A stretch of DNA of 12,722 nucleotides, taken from assembly GCA_964507075.1 (NCBI GenBank), contig CAZDOL010000003.1:17424-30145 (forward strand), read 5' to 3'. The position numbers and the translations under genes are program-made. The notes below the pieces were generated by a model. That model was not told where the DNA came from. It saw only the letters and a list, made by a program, of their open reading frames with translations, and did no database searches. How positions within the stretch are numbered: the first letter of the stretch is position 1; every line of letters begins with the position of its first letter. This DNA comes from an uncultured Gammaproteobacteria bacterium. Its GTDB lineage: Bacteria; Patescibacteriota; Patescibacteriia; UBA2591; UBA6264. Of the stretch, positions 7,032 through 12,722 are shown piece after piece.

Positions 7032-7739
7032 CTAATATTCTAATAAAAGTTTTTTAATTTGTTTATTTTCTTTTATTTCTTTTAAAGAATCTTTGGTAAA
7101 TCCTTTGTAATCCTCTATGTTGCCAAATTGATCTAATATAATATCCTTTTCACAAAAATCCTTTTTATTTTTATTGTCATTGTCCTCAACATATTCTTCC
7201 CAGCTTGATTTAATTAACTTGGGAGTCCGACTCCCAAGTAAATTATAATCATGGACCTTGTAATTTAAATTAATATAGGCGCTTAGGTGCAATAAATACT
7301 CATTAGAATCTATATGGATTGCTTTATATTTTCCTTGACACAATGACCCGCTTCGTTTGTATTTCTCATTAAAATAATTCGTATATCCTGTTCCTATCTT
7401 GTGCATGAATTTTGGAATTCCGTCGTCAACTAATTGTTGTAAAAGAAAATGGTAATGATTTGGATTTAAGCAATAACAAACAAAATTAACCAATTTGTCT
7501 TTTTTTAACTTGAAAGTTGTTGATTTGGGAGTCCGACTCCCAAGTGATGTTTTTTCTTTAATATTTATCCTTGTAAAAGAATTTTCGTAGATACTGCCTA
7601 TTGGGTCAATGATATTAAATTCATCCATGCTTTGGAAAAATCGTCTTAAGTCGTTTTTGTTTTTAAAAATAATTCGTTTGTCTACTCCACGATTGTAGAT
7701 GTGATAATATTCTTCATTAATAAATGTAGGATTTTTCAT
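7032..7739 (-). CDS. HUH/Y1 single-strand DNA transposase-like protein (IS200/IS605 TnpA-related, REP-associated tyrosine transposase-like)
   Basis: 235 aa. The N-terminal YHIYNRGVDKRIIF matches the family's first strand. The HUH motif is NPNHYHFLLQ (HYH at 7449-7457). It also has GSLCQGKYKAIHIDSNEYLLHLSAYINLNY (compare RxGxLWQxRF...YLLxxxRYIhxNP, with the catalytic Tyr in YINLN). Assignment is from motif memory, not an HMM run. Confidence 0.72.
   Translation of the reverse strand: MKNPTFINEEYYHIYNRGVDKRIIFKNKNDLRRFFQSMDEFNIIDPIGSIYENSFTRINIKEKTSLGSRTPKSTTFKLKKDKLVNFVCYCLNPNHYHFLLQQLVDDGIPKFMHKIGTGYTNYFNEKYKRSGSLCQGKYKAIHIDSNEYLLHLSAYINLNYKVHDYNLLGSRTPKLIKSSWEEYVEDNDNKNKKDFCEKDIILDQFGNIEDYKGFTKDSLKEIKENKQIKKLLLEY
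7217..7239. repeat. Hairpin palindrome copy 2, inside the HUH ORF (codons 168-174, LGSRTPK)
   Basis: ACTTGGGAGTCCGACTCCCAAGT, a perfect 10-bp stem. The minus-strand reading ctt ggg agt cgg act ccc aag is in the gene's frame. Confidence 0.9.
7523..7545. repeat. Hairpin palindrome copy 3, inside the HUH ORF (codons 66-72, LGSRTPK)
   Basis: ATTTGGGAGTCCGACTCCCAAGT with one stem mismatch (T7524/G7544). It shares the extra right flank GTGATGTT with copy 4. Confidence 0.9.
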
Positions 7740-7755
7740 ATATTATATTTTATTT

Positions 7756-7778
7756 ACTTGGGAGTCCGACTCCCAAGT
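7756..7778. repeat. Hairpin palindrome copy 4, 17 nt upstream of the HUH gene start
   Basis: ACTTGGGAGTCCGACTCCCAAGT followed by GATGTT. The stem can extend to about 12 bp with one T/G pair. Confidence 0.9.
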
Positions 7779-7829
7779 GATGTTCCTATTGTAGCAGAAG
7801 AATAAGTATTTGTAAAAAATTGAAATTTT

Positions 7830-7850
7830 TTTGGAAGTCCGACTCCCAAA
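7830..7850. repeat. Hairpin palindrome copy 5 (degenerate), between the queA stop and copy 4
   Basis: TTTGGAAGTCCGACTCCCAAA with one mismatch (A7835/C7845). On a minus-strand transcript this becomes a G-U wobble. Confidence 0.75.
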
Positions 7851-7887
7851 CTTTTCTCTTTAAACAATTGGGTCCTAAATTTTTGTT

Positions 7888-8904
7888 TTACATGATGAGC
7901 ATGGCGTCGCCAAAGGAATAAAAGCGATACTTCTTCTTTATGGCTTCGGCATAAGCTTGTAAAATAAATTCTCTTCCAGCAAAAGCTGAAACAAGCATTA
8001 GTAATGTTGATTTTGGGAGATGAAAATTAGTAATTAGCCCGTCAATGAATTTAAATTTATATCCAGGATAGATAAAGGTTTGAATTGATTTAGCTCCAGT
8101 TTTTAGGATATGATTATGAGAAGAAAATGCCTCTAAAACCCGACAAGAGGTAGTGCCCACGGCTATTATATTTTTTATTTCTTTTTTAGCTTTGTTTAAT
8201 TGTTGAGCGATTGGCCTTTTTATTTCTCCCCACTCAGAATGCATTTGGTGATTTTCAATGTTTTCGGTTCTTACTGGCTGAAAAGTACCAAATCCAACAT
8301 GTAAGGTGACAAAATGCATATCTATTCCAATTGTTTTTAATTTTTGGATGATTTTTTTTGTAAAATGAAAGCCGGCAGTGGGCGCAGCAGATGACCCAGG
8401 CTGTTGCGCATAGATGGTTTGATATTCATGCAGATTAGATTTTCTTTTAATATAGGGGGGCGTAGGAGTTTCTCCCGCTTTTTTTAATTCTTTTTGCAAA
8501 CCTCCTTGAGGAGCGATGAATTTTATCGCCCAAGTTTGCTCTGATAGTTGTTTCTCAAGAATTCCGAACAACTTTTCATTAAAATGAATTCTTAAATTTA
8601 ATTTTCCCTTCCCTTTTAATATTATCTCCCAGCAATCATTTTTTAGTTGTTTTAGTAATAAAATTTCAGCCTTGCCTTTAGTTGGTTTTTTTCCGTTCAA
8701 GCGCGCGGGAATTACTTTAGAATTATTAGCCACCAAAACAGAGTTTGGTTTTATATATTTGTTTATATTATAAAAATAGTCATGAGTTATGCTTTTTTCT
8801 TTTCGATTTAAAATCATTAGCCTCGAACAATCTCGAGGCCTTATTGGTTTTTGCGCTATTAAATTTATTGGCAAATAATAATTAAATTTTTTTAAACTTA
8901 ACAT
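7888..8904 (-). CDS. queA: S-adenosylmethionine:tRNA ribosyltransferase-isomerase (queuosine biosynthesis)
   Basis: FNYYLPINLIAQKPIRPRDCSRLMIL is the N-terminal signature. PTPPYIKR, AAPTAGFHFT, VTLHVGFGTFQPV, AVGTTSCRVLE and FYSFGDAMLI match conserved QueA blocks. Confidence 0.95.
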   Translation of the reverse strand: MLSLKKFNYYLPINLIAQKPIRPRDCSRLMILNRKEKSITHDYFYNINKYIKPNSVLVANNSKVIPARLNGKKPTKGKAEILLLKQLKNDCWEIILKGKGKLNLRIHFNEKLFGILEKQLSEQTWAIKFIAPQGGLQKELKKAGETPTPPYIKRKSNLHEYQTIYAQQPGSSAAPTAGFHFTKKIIQKLKTIGIDMHFVTLHVGFGTFQPVRTENIENHQMHSEWGEIKRPIAQQLNKAKKEIKNIIAVGTTSCRVLEAFSSHNHILKTGAKSIQTFIYPGYKFKFIDGLITNFHLPKSTLLMLVSAFAGREFILQAYAEAIKKKYRFYSFGDAMLIM

Positions 8905-9801
8905 TTAGGTTTTAGTATATTTATTAATAGCTAATGTGCTGGCAATCATAGAAACAATGACTGCGAATATTAAGAGAGCTGTCCAAAATTCAAAACTTTG
9001 ATTTTGTAAATAAAGAGATATACTAAAGTCCATTTGTAGAAAATTTTTAATTTGAGGTTGGATAAATATGGAAAGTGGCCAAATTATGCCGATATTCAAA
9101 AGCCAAGCCACAATAGCATAAAGAGAGCCCTCTATCAAGAAAGGGGCTCTAATAAACCAAGAAGAAGCCCCCACAAGACGCATTATTCTGATTTCTTTCT
9201 TGCGAGAAATAGCTCCTAATTTTATAGCAGTAAAGATGACTAAGATGGCTATTAAAAGGAATAGTCCACTTATAATTAAACCAACTTGATAGATTTTTTT
9301 ATTGAATTTATTAAAAATTTTAATAAGCTCTTCGTAGTCATAAAAATTTTGGTCATGTATTAAACCTTGGTATTGCTCTTGATTGATAATTCCCATAGTC
9401 CTTTGATATTCAGCTGGATTTTGGAATTTGATAGAGATCACCGCCCCCAAAGGATTCTCGTTTAACTCTTCTAATGAATTTAAGATTATTGAATCTTCTT
9501 GATGCTTTTCTTTAAATTGAACCAAAGATTCTTCTGGGCTTAAATAATTGATTTCTTTGATTTCGTCGCAATTTTTTAGCTCTATTTTAAGTGCATTTAA
9601 TTCGTTCTGGTCTATATTATCTTTAAAATATATCCCTAAGTCCATTTTAGTGGCTATATTGTTCAGAGCTTGAGTGCCAAGAATACTGATGCTATAGAGA
9701 AGGGTTAGCGTAAAGAGCATAAGAAGAATAATAACAATGCTGGTTAGGGATAACCAAAAATTACGAAAAAAGTTCTGAAAAGCTAATTTAATAATTTTCA
9801 T
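8905..9801 (-). CDS. ftsX: FtsX-like cell-division ABC transporter permease
   Basis: 298 aa with the FtsX layout: TM1 (WLSLTSIVIILLMLFTLTLLY), an extracytoplasmic loop of about 130 aa, then three C-terminal TM segments. The motif IRIMRLVGASSWFIRAPFLIEG is typical of FtsX. Its start overlaps the aspS stop (ATGA at 9798-9801). Its stop directly abuts the queA ATG. Confidence 0.8.
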   Translation of the reverse strand: MKIIKLAFQNFFRNFWLSLTSIVIILLMLFTLTLLYSISILGTQALNNIATKMDLGIYFKDNIDQNELNALKIELKNCDEIKEINYLSPEESLVQFKEKHQEDSIILNSLEELNENPLGAVISIKFQNPAEYQRTMGIINQEQYQGLIHDQNFYDYEELIKIFNKFNKKIYQVGLIISGLFLLIAILVIFTAIKLGAISRKKEIRIMRLVGASSWFIRAPFLIEGSLYAIVAWLLNIGIIWPLSIFIQPQIKNFLQMDFSISLYLQNQSFEFWTALLIFAVIVSMIASTLAINKYTKT

Positions 9802-11219
9802 TTATTTTTAATAACAATTCCTAATTCTTTTAGTTGTTCAACGCTAACCTCACTGGGCGCATCCATCAAAGGGTCTCGAGCGTCAGAAGTTAAAGGAAAT
9901 GCAATTACTTCGCGAATATTTTTTTCATTTAACAATATTGACAAAAATCGGTCTAAGCCAGGGGCAATACCACCGTGCGGAGGTGTACCATGTCGCAAAG
10001 CTTTTAAAAAATGCTCAAATTGTTTTTTTTGTTCTTTTTTAAATCCAATCAGATTAAATATCTTTTCTTGAATGTCTGAGCGATATATTCTCATTGCCCC
10101 TCCTCCTATTTCTATTCCGTTTAATACTAAATCATGTTGGTAGGATTTGACTTTTCCCGGGTTAGAATCTAATAATGGTAAATCTTTTTCTTGTGGTCGA
10201 GTAAACATATTATGAGAAGGCGCCAATTGGTTATTTGCTCCAATAAATTTTTCATTTTCATCAGCTTGATTAACAAAGAGAGGAAAATTTAAAATCCAAG
10301 CAAAAGCTAATTCATCTGGATCTTTTTTATCCTTCCTTAGATCTGGTTTGTCAGTTTTATATTTTTTCATTACTTCCTCATAGTCTAAACGAGGCCAAGG
10401 GGTTTGAGTGATATGCTTTTTTGGAAAAAGTTTAGGAATCATTTTCGTGAACATTTCTTCAGTTAATTTAAGAATATCTTCTTGCTCAATAAAAGACATC
10501 TCAATGTCAATTTGATAGAATTCGCCAGGGGATCGATCTGCACGAGCATCTTCGTCTCTAAAACAAGGGGCGATCTGGAAATATTTTTCTATACCAGAAA
10601 TCATTAGTAGTTGTTTGTATTGTTGTGGAGCTTGCGGCAGGGCAAAAAATTTCCCTTTATGAATGCGTGAGGGAACTAAATAATCTCGAGCTCCTTCTGG
10701 CGTTGATTTAGATAAAATAGGGGTTTGCACTTCCACAAATTCTTTTTCAAACAGGAAATTCCTTACATAATGTAATACCCTTGATCTCATTATTATATTG
10801 TTTTTCATTCTTTCGTGCCTTAAGTCCAAATATCTGTATTTTAATCGCAGTTCTTCCTTGGCTTGTTTTTCTTCACTGTTGACTTCAAAAGGAGGGGTCT
10901 TAGATTCGTTAAGGATGGAAATTTTTTTAGCTAGAATTTCTATGCCTCCAGTTGGTATTTCTTCGTTAACTTGACTTTCTGGCCTTTTATTTACCATTCC
11001 TTCAATTTCCAAAACAAATTCATGTCGAATTTTATCTATTATTCCCAAGGAAACAGGGTCAATTTCTGTTGGAGCTATGATTACCTGAGCCAAACCAGAT
11101 TGGTCACGGAGATCAATAAATATTATTTTTCCTAAATTACGTCTAGAATTCACCCAACCAGAAATTTTAACCATTTTATTAACCTCATTAATAGTTTCTG
11201 TTATTTTAATTCTGTTCAT
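9798..11219 (-). CDS. aspS: Aspartyl-tRNA synthetase, bacterial type but lacking the GAD insertion domain
   Basis: N-terminal OB fold, LRLKYRYLDLR, PSRIHKGKFFALPQAPQQYKQLLM, motif 2 FRDEDARADRSPGEFYQIDIEMSF, YQHDLVLNGIEIGGGAMRIY, and motif 3 GTPPHGGIAPGLDR...IREVIAFP. Only 473 aa. Confidence 0.95.
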   Translation of the reverse strand: MNRIKITETINEVNKMVKISGWVNSRRNLGKIIFIDLRDQSGLAQVIIAPTEIDPVSLGIIDKIRHEFVLEIEGMVNKRPESQVNEEIPTGGIEILAKKISILNESKTPPFEVNSEEKQAKEELRLKYRYLDLRHERMKNNIIMRSRVLHYVRNFLFEKEFVEVQTPILSKSTPEGARDYLVPSRIHKGKFFALPQAPQQYKQLLMISGIEKYFQIAPCFRDEDARADRSPGEFYQIDIEMSFIEQEDILKLTEEMFTKMIPKLFPKKHITQTPWPRLDYEEVMKKYKTDKPDLRKDKKDPDELAFAWILNFPLFVNQADENEKFIGANNQLAPSHNMFTRPQEKDLPLLDSNPGKVKSYQHDLVLNGIEIGGGAMRIYRSDIQEKIFNLIGFKKEQKKQFEHFLKALRHGTPPHGGIAPGLDRFLSILLNEKNIREVIAFPLTSDARDPLMDAPSEVSVEQLKELGIVIKNK

Positions 11220-11222
11220 ATT

Positions 11223-12515
11223 TTAAGGGGTTAAACGATTAATAAGCCGAGGGAATGGTATGGTTTCTCTTATGTGTTTGCGCCCACAAATCCATCCAGT
11301 TAATCTTTCTAGCCCATACCCAAAACCAGAATGAGGAACGGACCCATACTTTCTTAAATCCAAATACCATTGAAACTCCTTAATTGGAATTTTTTCTTTT
11401 ATCATTCGCTCTTTTAATGTTTCATAATCATCTTCTCTTTGGGATGCGCCTATTATTTCTCCATATCCGTCTGGGGCGATAAGATCTGAGCCCAAAACCA
11501 ATCTTGGATTTTTGGGATCTGTTTTCATATAAAAAGCTTTGGTATTTTTTGGCCATTTTTCTATAAAAACAGGCACTTTGCTGTCTTGCGTTATCAATGT
11601 TTCGTCTTCCGCGCCAAAATCATCTCCTAATTTAATCTTAGAACCCATTTTCTGTATTTTTTCAATTGCTTTTTTATATGTGATTCTTTTGAAAGGAGGT
11701 TTAATGTTTTTTAATTTATTTATATCTCTTTCTAATATTATTAACTCTTGTTCGCAATTTTTAAGAATATGACCAACAATATAAGAGATTAATTGTTCTT
11801 GTATTTCCATATTTTCTTTATGCTCTACAAAGGCCATTTCTGCGTCCATCATCCAAAATTCAGTTAAATGCTTACGTGTTTTAGATTTTTCAGCTCTAAA
11901 TGTTGGGCCAAAGTCAAATACTCTATTGTGAGACGCAATTCCTGCCTCTAAATAAAGTTGCCCTGATTGAGATAAGTATGCCTTTCCTAAATGAAAATAC
12001 TTTACCTCAAACAGGGTGGTTGTGTCTTCGCAAGAGGTAGGGGTTAGAATAGGAGCATCAATTTTAATAAAATTGTTTTGCCAAAGAAACTCATAAGTGG
12101 ATTTTATTATCTCGTTTCTTATTCTTTGAATAGCCCATTGTTTTTTATCCCTTAACCAGAGATGACGATAATCTAGCAAGAAGTCAGGGCCATGCTCTTT
12201 CTTGCCAATAGGATATTCGTCAGCTATTTGGTAAATAGTCAAATCATTTATTTGTACTTCAAAAATATCCTTTTTTTGAGGATGTTTTTTAATAATTCCC
12301 TTGATTTCTAATGAGCTTTCTCGGTTGATTTTTTGAGCTTGTTCCCATTGAGAAGAGCTAACTTGTTTTTTTTCTATAATGCCCTGAATGAATCCAGTAC
12401 CGTCTCGTAACTGGATAAACATAATTAACCCTGATGAGCGAACATTGTCTACCCACCCTCGTATAATCACGGATTTACCAAGATGTTTTTTAATGTTTTT
12501 AATCAAAATATACAT
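11223..12515 (-). CDS. asnS: Asparaginyl-tRNA synthetase
   Basis: N-terminal OB fold (VIIRGWVDNVRSSGLIMFIQLRDGTG), AsnRS-type motif 2 FGPTFRAEKSKTRKHLTEFWMMDAEMAF, and motif 3 GSVPHSGFGYGLERL. 430 aa. Confidence 0.95.
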   Translation of the reverse strand: MYILIKNIKKHLGKSVIIRGWVDNVRSSGLIMFIQLRDGTGFIQGIIEKKQVSSSQWEQAQKINRESSLEIKGIIKKHPQKKDIFEVQINDLTIYQIADEYPIGKKEHGPDFLLDYRHLWLRDKKQWAIQRIRNEIIKSTYEFLWQNNFIKIDAPILTPTSCEDTTTLFEVKYFHLGKAYLSQSGQLYLEAGIASHNRVFDFGPTFRAEKSKTRKHLTEFWMMDAEMAFVEHKENMEIQEQLISYIVGHILKNCEQELIILERDINKLKNIKPPFKRITYKKAIEKIQKMGSKIKLGDDFGAEDETLITQDSKVPVFIEKWPKNTKAFYMKTDPKNPRLVLGSDLIAPDGYGEIIGASQREDDYETLKERMIKEKIPIKEFQWYLDLRKYGSVPHSGFGYGLERLTGWICGRKHIRETIPFPRLINRLTP

Positions 12516-12589
12516 AATATAATAATATAAAATTTCTAATTTCTAACGGACTGATTGTTTCCTGCTGTGTCAATGTTTCGGCGGGCAAG

Positions 12590-12617
12590 AATTGCTGATT
12601 GTTAATTGCTGATTGTT
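12590..12617. repeat. Perfect 14-bp tandem duplication AATTGCTGATTGTT x2, with a third CTGATTGTT at 12551-12559
   Basis: Direct reading of the sequence. It lies 75-100 nt upstream of the asnS start on the opposite-strand axis. Confidence 0.8.
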
Positions 12618-12630
12618 TTTTAGAGTCCTG

Positions 12631-12662
12631 ATTACCCAATTACCCAATCCCTAAGTACCCAA
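12631..12662. repeat. Short direct repeats ATTACCCA-ATTACCCA plus GTACCCAA
   Basis: attacccaattacccaatccctaagtacccaa read directly. On the minus strand this is TTGGGTA(A/C) repeated three times. Confidence 0.7.
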
Positions 12663-12722
12663 CTCTATTATTTTAACAGAAACTGGACAATAGTAAAAGT
12701 GATATAAAAAAATAATAAAATC

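Larger units (their letters stand above)
6999..7850 (-). mobile_element. Candidate REP/RAYT-like unit: HUH/Y1 gene plus its five cognate hairpin palindromes
   Basis: The only non-housekeeping gene in the minus-strand string. It is bracketed by copies of one palindrome. Their outer flanks are reverse complements of each other: TCAC left of copy 1, GTGA right of copy 4. Boundaries are approximate. Confidence 0.5.

Noticed and set aside
9798-9801. Alternative genetic code (UGA recoded, as in some CPR lineages)
   Set aside because: All family-assigned ORFs are full length under the standard code with no in-frame TGA. TGA also serves as the aspS stop, at the position where the AspRS homology ends. 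Code 11 is sufficient.
12516-12722. T-box riboswitch leader upstream of asnS/aspS
   Set aside because: I found no T-box consensus (AAnnnGGGTGGTACCGCG-like) and no specifier-loop/antiterminator architecture on the minus strand. The region is dominated by short direct repeats instead.

Overview
AT-rich, tightly packed bacterial window with almost no Shine-Dalgarno signals and reduced housekeeping proteins. This looks like a small-genome, CPR/Patescibacteria-like organism, but that is an inference, not a database hit. Standard code fits: all ORFs are intact, and TGA is used as the aspS stop.

Plus strand: an unusual membrane-anchored two-ring Clp/Hsp100 ATPase (43-2775), rplU (3032-3379), two small uncharacterised ORFs (4064-4633) and rpsT (4648-4911).

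Minus strand, one long co-directional string: asnS, aspS, ftsX, queA, an HUH/Y1 (IS200/RAYT-like) gene, tRNA-Cys(GCA), a stand-alone 5'-3' exonuclease and holA. ruvA (minus) converges on rplU.

Main finding: the HUH/Y1 gene at 7032-7739 is associated with five copies of one hairpin palindrome (core TTGGGAGT-CCG-ACTCCCAA). One lies just downstream, two lie upstream, and two sit in frame inside its own ORF, each translated as LGSRTPK. This resembles a REP/RAYT-type module wedged between queA and tRNA-Cys.

Other points of interest:
- The Clp/Hsp100 has a DnaJ-type zinc finger, two TM helices and a degenerate first ATPase ring.
- A GC-richer tandem repeat array of promoter-like modules lies upstream of rplU and is shared with the Clp promoter.
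- AspRS lacks the bacterial GAD insertion.
- rplU has no rpmA partner.
- Short direct repeats lie upstream of asnS.
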